From Octopus vulgaris (taxonomy: Eukaryota), in assembly GCA_951406725.2 (NCBI GenBank), contig OX597823.1, positions 100,750,001 to 100,814,000 of the forward strand: a stretch of 64,000 bases of DNA, given 5' to 3'. Positions 10,845 to 22,390 of this stretch are shown here, piece by piece (position 1 is the first letter of the stretch; each line of letters opens with the position of its first letter). Both the position numbers and the translations under genes were made by a program. The notes below the pieces were generated by a model, which saw only the letters and a list, made by a program, of their open reading frames with translations, searched no databases and had not been told where the DNA came from.

Positions 10845-12860
10845 CTACCTGGTCGAAATCCATGCTGGGTGTCAGTCAGCAAGTCATTTTCTTCAAGGAA
10901 CATGATTAGTTTCTTTCGGACTATTCGTTCCATGACTTTGGTGATGTGTGAGGTCAGAGAGATAGGCCTATAATTTTTAGCATCTGCTCTGCTACCTCCC
11001 TTATGGATAGGGCATATTGCCCCCTCTTTCAATTTGACTGGTAGCTTACCACTTGCAAGAAAGCTCTGAAAAAGAAGCTGTAGCGGTTTTGCAAGGGCTC
11101 GTTTGCATGATTTGAGAAGGATCACTGGAAATCTATCAGGTCCAGCTGCTGAGTTTGTCAATCTCATCTATGGCTAGTGTGATATTATCATCTTCAATGT
11201 TGATGTACTCAATTTTTGCCTCTTTGGCCGCAGGTAAAGTGGCAAAGAATTCTTCTGGGTTGTTTACTTGCCTGTGTCCTAGAGGTGTAGTGAACACACT
11301 TTGGAACTGTTCGTTCAGTATTTCACTTATCCTCGTGGGATTTCCTGTGAGGGAGCCATCTTTTTGGAAGAGAGGTCCTATTCTCTGGTGCACTCTGGCT
11401 GTCTCTTTGGCAAACTTAAAGAAAGCTTTAGGGTTTGAGTTTATATTTTCTATTACCCAAGCTTCTTTATCTGCTCTCTCCTTTTCATGGGACTGATGCA
11501 GACTTTTCTCAATTCCCATAAGCATTCTCTCGAGCCGAGACTTCTCACCACTTTTGGTGTGCTTGCTCAGGCGGTTTGCAATCCTTGTCCGTCGTCTCAT
11601 AAGAATCTTCCTTTCTCTAGGGAACCTGTTTTTGTTTTTGTGTGTGCTGGTCCTGCACACTGGGACATATTTGTCACATATGGCTTGTATTATGAACATG
11701 AAGTGTTTGTGTTTCATGTCAACGTCCGGTGTGGAGAGAATTTAGGCCAATCCTGTTTGAGGATCTCTTTCTCAATCAACTTCCAGTTTGCTTTATGAAA
11801 GTTTAAGTTCGAGAGATGGTGGCTCCTCCCTTTTCTATCTGAGCGTATGACAGCGGTATGTGTATTTCTGCATCCCCTATATCTGGTCCAAGATGCGTTT
11901 CTGTGAGTGCCATGCATATAGCTTGATTGCATGCCACAAGGTCTCTCAGGGTTGAGATTTTCCTTTTACAGTTGCCGCGCAGCAGCCCTCCTACGTTCAG
12001 TAGAAATATTTTTGTGGTGTGTGTGTTGGTGTCTGTGGTGGTCATCCTGCATCTGTTGTTGGTGGCCTTATGTGGTGGTAGTTCCAGCTTTGTGTTTGTA
12101 GCCAGGTCAGCTACTGGACAATTTTTTGTGCCATGCACAAAAAAGATTGCTGTTCAGCTACTGCCCTTCTCACATCTGGGTGAAGCTGGCCATTTGTTGG
12201 GCTATCGCGCACTACATCCGCATATCGGCTTTCAGGAGTGGTCAGTGCGCTATTTTTCCTTCTTTTATATTTTTCTTTATCTTTTAGTTCTCCCCGAGGG
12301 AGGGATTTTTGTCTTGTGTCCATGCGGTTTTGGCAGGGCTTCTGATGTGCAAAACGACAGTAGAATTTGCAGATGTTTCTGCCTTTACCCTTGAAGCTCT
12401 TGCTGGGGTTCTTCTGTTTTTTCTGAACAGTGTTTGTTTTAGTTTTCTTGTCTTTTACCTCTTGTTTTCCGTCGATTTTAGGGTGCTTTCCTTTTTTGCG
12501 ACCATCGCACCCCTTTGGTTTTCAGTTGTGTTGGGAGCTGGACATGTGCCATTGTTTCCCTTGGTTGCAGTTTTCTCGCTTGTGACTTTTGTTGAGTCCT
12601 GGATGCTTTCTCCATCCTTTTGGTCTTCCCTGGTGCAGTCACCTCCTAGGATGATGTCCAGAGTGTCAATGTGTTGCCTGATTAGATCGTATGAACGGAG
12701 GAATTCTCGTTTCTTTCGCTCTATCTGGGCGGTGGTCCTGGAGAAATCATTGCTGTTAAGCGCTGCTGCAATGATATTGTCACCCTCGGCAATCTTCCAG
12801 GCGCGGACGAACAATTGCAACTCCCTCGCAGACCAGTTGCTTGACATCTTCGCCTGAGAT
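10845..12860 (-). mobile_element. CR1/L2-group LINE 5' portion (ORF1-like region, endonuclease, RT N-terminus), 3'-truncated
   Basis: LLNVGGL..MALTETHL (APE start), NPKAFFKFA, AAGPD, NYRPISLTS, QHGFRPG; RT is cut at the inverted-repeat element. Confidence 0.85.
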
Positions 12861-13360
12861 ACAGTGAGAGTGAAACAGAGGAACAGAGAGAGAAAGAAAG
12901 ATAAGATGGTTGACCTGAGAGGGAGAGGAGAGAAGAGAAAAAAAAGCTGGTGGCAGATCAGCCGGGGGGTGTGTGTGCGAATGAGAGAGAGACAAGGGGA
13001 TTGAGCTGAGAGAAGAGAGAAAGAATGGCAGGTCAGAAGGGGAGAGTGAGCAGAATAGAGGTGTGGTAGAGAGAAAGAAGTAAAGAGACAGGGTGGAAAA
13101 GAGAGACAAGGGGATGGACCTTAGGGGGAGCAGGGAGAAGAAAGGCAGAGAGAAAAAATGGAGAGGGAGAGAGAGAAAAAGAGAGAGGGCGGGATAGAGA
13201 TACAAGAGAGAATGAGTGAAGTAGAGGAACAGAGAAGGGGTGAGATGTGAGAAAGTTGATCTGAGAGAAAGCAGGGGGGGGGGGGAGAGATGCAGAAAGA
13301 GAAACGAGTGGAAGTTCAGCAGATGATGGCAGAGAGAGAGAGAGATACAGATATATATAT

Positions 13361-13565
13361 GTTGATTCGTTAGCTACTGCACGCATTTTTTTCTCTCCTT
13401 CTTTCTGTGTTTTTCTCTCTCTGTGTATCTTTCTGTTGAAGAGCGTAGGCTCGAAACGTTAAAGACTTGTTTTATTTATATTTCCTGAGCGCCATACTAA
13501 TACAATTGTTCGTTTGTTTTCCACCTGCCTTCGTCTTTTGTTTATTTTCATAAAGCTTCCCGTTA
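13361..13565 (+). mobile_element. Neptune-family pLTR (same family at 22391-22620 minus and 32120-32280 plus)
   Basis: Reverse complement of the 3' end of the PLE at 22391-24477. Confidence 0.8.
13428..13466 (+). ncRNA. Minimal hammerhead variant (core CUGUUGA)
   Basis: tcttt-CTGTTGA-a-gagc-gtag-gctc-GAAA-cg-TT-aaaga; eroded copies at 22516-22553 (-) and 32152-32187 (+). Confidence 0.6.
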
Positions 13566-13600
13566 TATATATATATATATACACACATATATATATATAC

Positions 13601-13635
<35 letters not shown>

Positions 13636-13641
13636 CATATG

Positions 13642-13676
<35 letters not shown>

Positions 13677-13734
13677 ATACATGCATATATACATACATAT
13701 ATATATATACATATATATATACATATATATATAC

Positions 13735-14442
13735 AGCATAATTAAATCTCAGAATGAGATTGAAACACTAATCGCTCGATAATGTAAAGTATAGAAGCCA
13801 TCTTATCATGGCTAACCACATTGGGGAGGGGGTGTTACTGTAGCTTTATAGCCCCAAGAGATCGTCGTCTCTAGCTGGCTTTAGACACAATATCAGTGCC
13901 CTTGGAGTATTTGCAAAGGGAGGTCATCCCTTCCTCGCAAGCCTGAGTGATACGCTCGAACTAGTTTCGGGATTTTTGTTCCTCGTCAACGGGCGGTAAC
14001 GACCAGGTCGCGATGAAAGTGAAGGCTGCTTTGCAAATATATAAGTTTTTCTAGTGGCATCTGTCACTGATGTCGAAAAACGGACAGTAAGCATAATTAA
14101 ATCTCAGAATGAGATTGAAACAGTAATCGCTCGATAATGTAAAGTATAGAAGCCATCTTATCATGGCTAACCACATTGGGGAGGGGATGTTACTGTAGCT
14201 TTACAGCCATAAGAGATCGTCGTCTCTAGCTGGCTTTAGACACAATATCAGTGCCCTTGGAGTATTTGCAAAGGGAGGCCATCCCTTCCTCGCAAGCCTG
14301 AGTGATACGCTCGAACTCCAAGGGCACTGATATTGTGTCTAAAGCCAGCTAGAGATGACGATCTCTTGGGGCTATAAAGCTACAGTAACACCCCTCCCCA
14401 ATGTGGTTAGCCATGATAAGATGGCTTCTATACTTTACATTA
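13735..14442 (-). mobile_element. Non-coding 355-bp unit in partial tandem (13735-14089, 14090-14317) plus inverted arm (14315-14442); retrozyme/non-autonomous PLE-like
   Basis: Direct repeat offset of 355 bp, fold-back arm, internal HHR and (TA)n flanks. Confidence 0.8.
13953..13996 (-). ncRNA. Minimal type I hammerhead (C3 to U)
   Basis: Minus strand reads cgcccg-TTGACGA-ggaacaaaaatccc-GAAA-cta-GTT-cgagcg; stem III is the palindrome ACTAGT. Confidence 0.7.
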
Positions 14443-14658
14443 TATATATACATATATATATATATACACATATATATATACACACATATATATATATATA
14501 TACCTATATATACATATATATTTATATACATATATATATATATACATATATATACATATATATACACATATATATATACATATATATACACGCATATATA
14601 TATATATATACATATATATATACATATATATATATATACCTATATATATACACATATA

Positions 14659-14941
14659 TGTGGAGGTGCAATGGCCTAGTGGTTAGGGCAGCGGACTCGC
14701 GGTCGAAGGATCGCGGTTTCGATTCCCAGACCGGGCATTGCGAGTATTTTATTGAGCGAAAATACCTAAAGCTCCACGAGGCTCCGGCAGGGGGTGGTAG
14801 CGATCCTTGCTGTACTCTTTCGCCACAACTTTCTCTCACTGCGGGGTGGCGTCATTTGAAGGCTAAAACAATGCAAAGCGATTGTGACCAGCCATGTGTA
14901 GCAACATATGATAGCCTGGTCGGTCACGGTGATCACGGTGA
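14659..14941 (+). mobile_element. tRNA-derived SINE
   Basis: A-box TGGCCTAGTGG and B-box GTTTCGATTCC followed by a non-tRNA body; inserted in (TA)n. Confidence 0.8.
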
Positions 14942-14948
14942 TATATAC

Positions 14949-14990
<42 letters not shown>

Positions 14991-15124
14991 CAATTTAGGA
15001 ATGACCCTAACAGGTCATTCGTCCAGGCCGTTGGTAGCGATAAATTTCTATTGAATTTTTTTTGCTACCCTAAATTGACTATATATATATATATATACAT
15101 ATATACATATATATATATATATAA

Positions 15125-15885
15125 TAAATTGATAAATAAAATAATACATATGCATATATACATACATATGTGTACGTACCTATCTCTACATGTATATATA
15201 CATGCATATATGGGTACAGGGCACCAAAAAAACGTCGAACACAATGAGAAACGGAAACATAAACACAAAACCAACGAAAAATAGAGTACATGACATACAA
15301 TACAAGGAAAATTCCCCTTCTTCAGTCGCCTTTGTTTCATCTAGTCCGCGTTTCGAAGGTCAAGGCGAGACACGACTTTAATGGAACATTCCTTCCCGCG
15401 AAAAGCAAATTAAATAAAATTTGAGATTTTTTTTGCGGAGGGGTAAAATTGGTAACAAAAACAGGACAGTAATGACAGTACAAAATATAAACAGTAAAAT
15501 ATAGGACAAGGAGAATAACAGTAACACAGACAAGAAGGGCTGTTAAGCCGAATGAGATAAAATGTTACGAACGCTATTTTTGAGAACGGCGAAGGAGCCA
15601 CAGAAAATGCCGTCTACACTTGAGGGAAGCCAGGTCAGAAAGACAGTAGCAGAGCTCTCGTCACGGGTCAACGACGGGAGGGAGGAGGAGGAGCAAGAGA
15701 AAGGGTGAGAAAAAAAGGGAATGGTTGTAGAGAAAACTATAAAGAATGAAGAATGAGAGAGAGAGAGAGGGAGAGACAGTAAGGTAGAAGAAAAGGAAAC
15801 ACAAAAGAATGAAGGCTGAGAAAGGGAGGGGGACAGAAAGGTTAAGAGTGCGCATCATTATTAATATTAAGAACAATCTTAATTA
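15125..15885 (-). mobile_element. Diverged single copy of the 768-bp non-coding family at 58437-60010
   Basis: Colinear similarity (gtacagg..cacca..aacg, ttccccttc.tcag, tttcgaaggt, aagagtgcgc.tca). Confidence 0.7.
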
Positions 15886-15912
15886 GACATATATACATAT
15901 ATATATGCATAC

Positions 15913-16019
<107 letters not shown>

Positions 16020-16078
16020 CATACATATATATATATATATACATATATACATATACACACATATATATATATATACAC

Positions 16079-16111
<33 letters not shown>

Positions 16112-16224
16112 CATACACATATATATATACACATATATATACATACATATATATATATACATATATATATATACATATATATACATATATATATATACAT
16201 ATATATATACACATATACATATAC

Positions 16225-16271
<47 letters not shown>

Positions 16272-16289
16272 CACATATACATATATCAT

Positions 16290-17658
16290 CATCATCACCA
16301 TCATCATCATCGTTTAGCGTCCGTTTTCCATGCTAGCATGGGTTGGACGGTTCAACTGGGGTCTGGGAAGCCAGAAGGCTGCACTAGGCCCAGTCTGATC
16401 TGGCAATGTTTCTACGGCTGGACGCCCTTCCTAACGCCAACCACTCCGTGAGTGTAGTGGGTGCTCTTTACATGCCACCGGCATGGGGGCCAGGCGAGAT
16501 TGGCAATGGCCACGAACGGATGGTGCTTTTTACGTGCCACCGGCACGAAAGCCAGTCGGGGCGGACTGGCAACGGCTACGTTCAGATGGTTCTCTTACTG
16601 ATGTTGATCAATTTTGATTTCTCACTTGCCTCAACAGGTCTTCACAAGTAGAGTTTTGTGTCCCAAGAAGGAAAGGTATGCATAAGTGGACTGGCACATC
16701 CCATGTAAAGGCCATGGGTTATGGTCTCACTTGTCTTGCCGGGTCTTCTCACACACAGCACACTTCCAAATGTCTCGGTCTCTAGTCATTTCCTCAGTGA
16801 GACCTAAAGTTCGAAGGTCGTACTTCACCACCTCGTCCCAGGTTTTCCTGGGTCTGCCTCTTCCACAGGTTCCCTCAACCACTGGTGTGTGGCACTTCAC
16901 ACAACTATCTTCATCCATTCTCGCCACATGACCATACCAGCACGAACGTCTCTCTTGCATACCACAACTGATGCTTCTTAGGTCCAGCTTTTCTCTCAAG
17001 GTACTTACACTCTGTCGAGTATGAACACTAACATTACACATCCATCGGAGCATACTGGCTTCATTTCTTGCGAGCTTACACATATCCTCAGCAGTCACGG
17101 CCCATGTTTCACTGCCATGTAGCATGGATGTTCATACACATGTGTCATACAGACTGCCTTTTACTCTGAGCGAGACGCCTTTTGTCACCAGCAGAGGTAG
17201 GAGCTCTCTGAATTTTGCCCAAGCTATTCTTACTCTAGCAGTTACACTTTCAGCACACCCACCCCTGCTACTGACTTGGTCACCTAGGTAATGGAAGCTA
17301 TCAACTATTTCTAATTTTTCTCCCTGGAATGTGGCAGAAGTTGGTCTCAGAGCATTTTCAGTGTTTATTGCTCCTGAACATCTGCCACATACAAAAACTA
17401 TCTTCCTAGTTAGCCTTCCTTTGACATTGTTGCACCTCTTATGTGTCCATAGCTTACACTTGGTGCATCTTATAGAGTTTCTACCTACACCTTTTCTACA
17501 GATCAAGCAGGGCCATCTTCCTGAAGGCGTTTGGGATTTGTCTACCTTCCTACTTATTAGGACTTTGGTTTTAGCTAGGTTAACTCTAAGGCCCTTCGAT
17601 TCTAATCCTTGCTTCCACACCTGAAATTTCTCCTCCAGTTCTGATAGTGACTCAGCAA

Positions 17659-17660
<2 letters not shown>
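16290..17660 (-). mobile_element. 5'-truncated RTE LINE
   Basis: KGLRVNLAKTK, PHD-like CxxC region, MLHGSETWA, RGRPRKTW, 3' UTR and (TGA)n tail. Confidence 0.92.
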
Positions 17661-17700
<40 letters not shown>

Positions 17701-17710
17701 ATAATAAATA

Positions 17711-18727
17711 GGGATGAGGTTTGATATCGACTTCGCTTGCCTCAACAGGTCTTTGTGTGTCCAAGGGAGGAAAGGCATGCATAAGTGGGCTGGACTCACT
17801 TGTCCTGCCTGGTCTTTTCACGCACAGCATATTCCCAAAGGTCTCGGTCACTGGTCATTTCCTCAATGAGACCTAAAGTTTGAAGGTCGTGCGTCACCAC
17901 TTCGTCCCAAGTTTTCCTGGGTCTACCTCTTCCACGGGTTCCCTCCACTGCTAGGGATTGGCACTTTTTCACGCACCTATCTTCATCCATTCTTGCCACA
18001 TGACCATACCAGCGCAATCATCTCTCTTGCACACCACAACTGATGCTCCTTAGGTCCAACATTTCTCTCAGGGTACTAACGCTCTGTCGAGCATGCACAC
18101 TGACATTACACATCCATCGGAGCATACTGGCTTCATTTCTCGCGAGCTTACGCATGTCCTCAGCAGTCACGGCCCATGTTTCGCTGCCATGTAGCATGGC
18201 TGTTCGTACACATGCATCATACAGTCTGCCTTTTACTCTGAGCGAGAGGCCTTTGGTCACCAGCAGAGGTAAGAGCTCCCTAAACTTTGCCCAGGCTATT
18301 CTTACTCTAGCCGTTACACTTTCAGCACACCCACCCCCACTACTGACTTGGTCACCAAGATAATGGAAGCTATCAACTACTTCTAGTTTTTCACTCTGGA
18401 AAGTGACGGAAGTTGTTTTCTGCAGATTTTCAGAGGTTAATGCTCCCAAGCATCTGCCACATACAAAAACCATCTTCCTAGTTAGCCTTCCTTTGACATT
18501 GCTGCACCTCTTATGTGTCCATAGCTTACACTTGGTGCATCTTATAGAGTTTCTACCTACACCTTTTCTACAGATCGAGCAGGGCCATCTACCTGAAGGC
18601 GTTTGTGATTTGTCTACCTTCCTACTTATTAGGACTTTGGTTTTAGCTAGGTTGACTCTAAGGCCCTTCGATTCTAAACCTTGCTTCCACACCTGGAACT
18701 TCTCCTCCAGTTCTGATAGTGACTCAG

Positions 18728-18730
<3 letters not shown>
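17711..18730 (-). mobile_element. 5'-truncated RTE LINE, second subfamily copy
   Basis: Same motifs (ORFs 18018-18806 and 17796-18017). Confidence 0.92.
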
Positions 18731-18773
<43 letters not shown>

Positions 18774-18965
18774 ATAATAATAATAAATATTAGGGAATAA
18801 ATCCAAATTTACAGGGAAAAATCAGATTTAGGATTGAATCCAATTTTATAGTAAAATATAATATAATATTAATTAGAGACAAAACCACTATTATGCAAAT
18901 CAAACAAAGAAAGACTTAATCCAATACATAAAAAATTTTATATAAATTAAATATAATTAAGATAT

Positions 18966-19011
18966 CCACTACGATCGTTTCTTGTCACTTCAATGGACAT
19001 TCATCAGGTGG
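18966..19011 (-). ncRNA. Type I hammerhead ribozyme in 3' pLTR
   Basis: ccac-CTGATGA-a-tgtc-cattgaagt-gaca-a-GAAA-cgatc-GTA-gtgg. Confidence 0.88.
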
Positions 19012-19228
19012 TTTCAAGACCAGACTCAATATTCAATAAACAGTTATATATTTAATATACATTAATAAGAAATTAATTAATACAATGAAATACCATCTAT
19101 AATCTAACTATAATTAAAACCTAAACAACATAACTAAAATAAATTATTATAAAAGTACTCTAAACACTTAAAATTTATAATACTAGAATAAAACCCATAA
19201 TAGGGAGCTATTTAATGTTATTAAATAA

Positions 19229-20085
19229 CTATTGTTTATCAGGAAACTTATTATATAAGTAAAGTAACCTGTGTCTGCATTTTATTTTGCGCTCTTCACC
19301 TGTATTCAGTAAATTATCATACTTATAAAATAAAATTTCCTTAAACTCATTAGAGCATAAATAACAAAAATTCGCTCCTATAGTATATGATTTAGTTTTA
19401 CAAATTATTTCCCAAGATAAATTATAATTAATATTTTGTGATTTAAGTCTCCAAATGTACTTGCTAAGTCCAGTGGAGTTGATTAAGTTTTTATTTTTAA
19501 AAGAATTCAGATGTTGTGCGATTCTTAATTTTATTTTAGAGGAAGTAGACCCTATATAAATCGCTTTTGGGTAATTATTATTCTTAAAATTATTATCATG
19601 TAATGTAACTATACATTTATACACTACATCATTAATATCACATTTATTATTTAATTTACATTTAGATTTATCTCTACAAGTACAGTTAATATATGTCTTA
19701 TCTTTATTATTAGTATTATTAAATAATTTATTTTTATAAAAATTATTTAGTTTAAATTTGTTAAATGAAGAAATAAAGTTACCTACATTATTAGTGGTGG
19801 AATTACCTACTCCAAAATTATTACTAGTGAAAATGTTTTTATATTTACGATTATCTCGAATAAAAAGTTCGATAATATCTAAAATCTCTTTAATAATATT
19901 CATTTTAACTTGATCACCATAAGGAACTATTAGCCAAATTTTATTCTTATTTACCTTCTTATTATTATAACTGTCATTATTATTATTGTATTTATATTTC
20001 TTTATCATATTAAAATTATTACTATTATCAGATTTATATCTATGTACAACATTTAAAGAATTATTAATGTTATTAATTTTATTAA

Positions 20086-20135
<50 letters not shown>

Positions 20136-21316
20136 TTCTTATTTTTATTATTATTATTATTATTTTTATAATTTCTAATATTTTTACCACTAATACTAAC
20201 AAAATTATAATTATTATTAATATAATTATCTCTAAAATTATTAGTTATATCTTTATCATTAATTTTATTATAAAATTTAATATTCCTATTATAACCTGCC
20301 TCTCTAAGGGCCTCATTATAATAAGGAACATGTTTATTAAAAATCTCTATATCATAAGAGAGTAATGAAATACGTTTACTTATATTATTAATCAACGATT
20401 TTTTAATAGAATGTGGGTGATTACTATTAACATTTATATATCTAAGGTTCTCATTAATTTTATGATATGGTTGTGTTTTACCTGTAATTAGATTAAAATT
20501 AACATCTAAATAATTAACATTAGAATTCTCCTTATATATAGTGATACTTAAACCATATCTTTTAAAGAAACTATAAAGTTTTTTCTTATATACTTCTAGA
20601 TTCCTATTAGTACAATTCTTTGTAATTAGTAGAAGGTCATCCCTATATAAACCACCCTCTATCTTTAGATTTTCTAATTGGAGTTCAGATAAAAGATAAA
20701 TACCTACTAAATCTGTAGCTTGTGCAGAATCAGGTGCTCCCATAGGTATATCAAAACAATCCCTAGTATCTTTCCTAGCCCATAATTTATTTTTATATTT
20801 AATGAGCGATTTTCTAGCCATTTTAATTACATTAACTTCTTCAAATGTCATTCCCTCTTTATTCATTGCGAAAATAAGGGCCTTATTAAACACAATTTCA
20901 TTAATAGAAGAATAATAATTATCTATATCTATTTGAATAAATTTATAACGATTTTTATCTTTAATATTATTAAACCATTTCAAAGTATTATTATTACTAA
21001 ACCATAATTTTAAATAATTAAGTTTATTTAATTTATTAATATATTTATCTAAAATAAATTTACTTAATTTACCTAGGTCAGATTTACATGGACAAATTAA
21101 TCTAACTTTAGGGTCTGAATAAAAATTATCTTTATGGTCTTTCAGAGTAATTCTGGGGTGCAAAGGTACATAAGGTTCAGTTTTATTATCCAATTTATAG
21201 TTTATCATTACTAATTTAGGGGCCTTATTAATATTATAAAGTATACTATCTGGAACAATTTTATATTTTTTAATTATTTCTTTCTCTAAAAGTTTATCAT
21301 ATAATTTAACATCCAA
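19229..21316 (-). CDS. PLE reverse transcriptase-GIY-YIG endonuclease (695 aa open) with Asn-rich insert
   Basis: ITLKDHKDNF, IQIDIDNYYSSI, IPMGAPDS, GLYRDDLL, NYLDVNF, SNHP; CTC..C..C, VVY..IYIG, CYLC, CRH. Confidence 0.88.
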
Positions 21317-21702
21317 TTATCAGATTGTACTATAATACCTTCCATATTTCTCATATCTTTAATTCTAATTGCTAAATTTCTTAAATATTCATTATTTCTA
21401 TTTGGGTATTTATGGAATTTGATATTTTTTACCACCTTCCATATATTATCTTCTAGTAATTGTAAGTCTTTATTAAATGGAGGTTCCTTTTTGGATTTAA
21501 ATTTAGAGGTAAAATTATCATTCATACTATCATTAATATTAAATATATAATAATTATAATAATAAGCTTTCCATTTAATTCTAGAAATAAAACCTTTAAT
21601 ATTATTAATAAGTTTCAAAATAAATTCCTTTCTAGAAGGTATAGGAATATCTTTCAATGAGGAATTCCAAAATAGCGGTTCTATCTTACCTGTAAATTCC
21701 AT
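21286..21702 (-). pseudogene. N-terminal part of the same PLE ORF, separated by a frameshift near 21310
   Basis: SLKDIPIPS..FISRIKWKA..IIVQSD is a typical PLE N-terminal region; overlaps the main ORF out of frame. Confidence 0.8.
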
Positions 21703-21944
21703 AATTTACGAAATTGAGGTATTACACTCAATATACAAAATTATCAATATATTAAATAATAATAAATATTAGGGAATAAATCCAAATTTACAGGGAAAAA
21801 TCAGATTTAGGATTGAATCCAATTTTATAGTAAAATATAATATAATATTAATTAGAGACAGAACCACTATTATGCAAATCAAACAAAGAAAGACTTAATC
21901 CAATACATAAAATTTTTTATATAAATTAAATATAATTAAGATAT

Positions 21945-21990
21945 CCACTACGATCGTTTCTTGTCACTTCAATGGACATTCATCAGGTGG
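21945..21990 (-). ncRNA. Type I hammerhead ribozyme in 5' pLTR
   Basis: Identical to 18966-19011. Confidence 0.88.
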
Positions 21991-22218
21991 TTTCAAGACC
22001 AGACTCAATATTCAATAAACAGTTATATATTTAATATACATTAATAAGAAATTAATTAATACAATGAAATACCATCTATAATCTAACTATAATTAAAACC
22101 TAAACTACATAACTAAAATAAATTATTATAAAAGTACTCTAAACACTTAAAATTTATAATACTTTTAATGTATATTAAATATATAAATGTTTATTGAATA
22201 TTGAGTCTGGTCTTGAAA

Positions 22219-22264
22219 CCACCTGATGAATGTCCATTGAAGTGACAAGAAACGATCGTAGTGG
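22219..22264 (+). ncRNA. Type I hammerhead ribozyme in inverted pLTR
   Basis: Identical motif read directly on the plus strand; predicted cleavage after 22260. Confidence 0.88.
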
Positions 22265-22390
22265 ATATCTTAATTATATTTAATTTATATAAAATTTTTT
22301 ATGTATTGGATTAAGTCTTTCTTTGTTTGATTTGCATAATAGTGGTTTTGTCTCTAATTAATATTATATATATATATATGTATATATATA

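Larger units (their letters stand above)
18776..22369 (-). mobile_element. Near full-length Penelope-like element (Naiad-like): direct pLTRs at 18776-19184 and 21755-22163, inverted partial pLTR at 22165-22369
   Basis: 409-bp direct repeats offset by 2979 bp and nearly identical, an inverted copy at the 5' end, an RT plus GIY-YIG ORF between them, and an HHR in each repeat. Confidence 0.93.

Noticed and set aside
14659-14735. tRNA gene
   Set aside because: A and B boxes are present, but there is no proper acceptor stem and it continues into a SINE body.
19229-21316. Selenocysteine recoding, as reported for some Naiad PLEs
   Set aside because: No in-frame TGA in the 695-aa ORF and no SECIS recognised.
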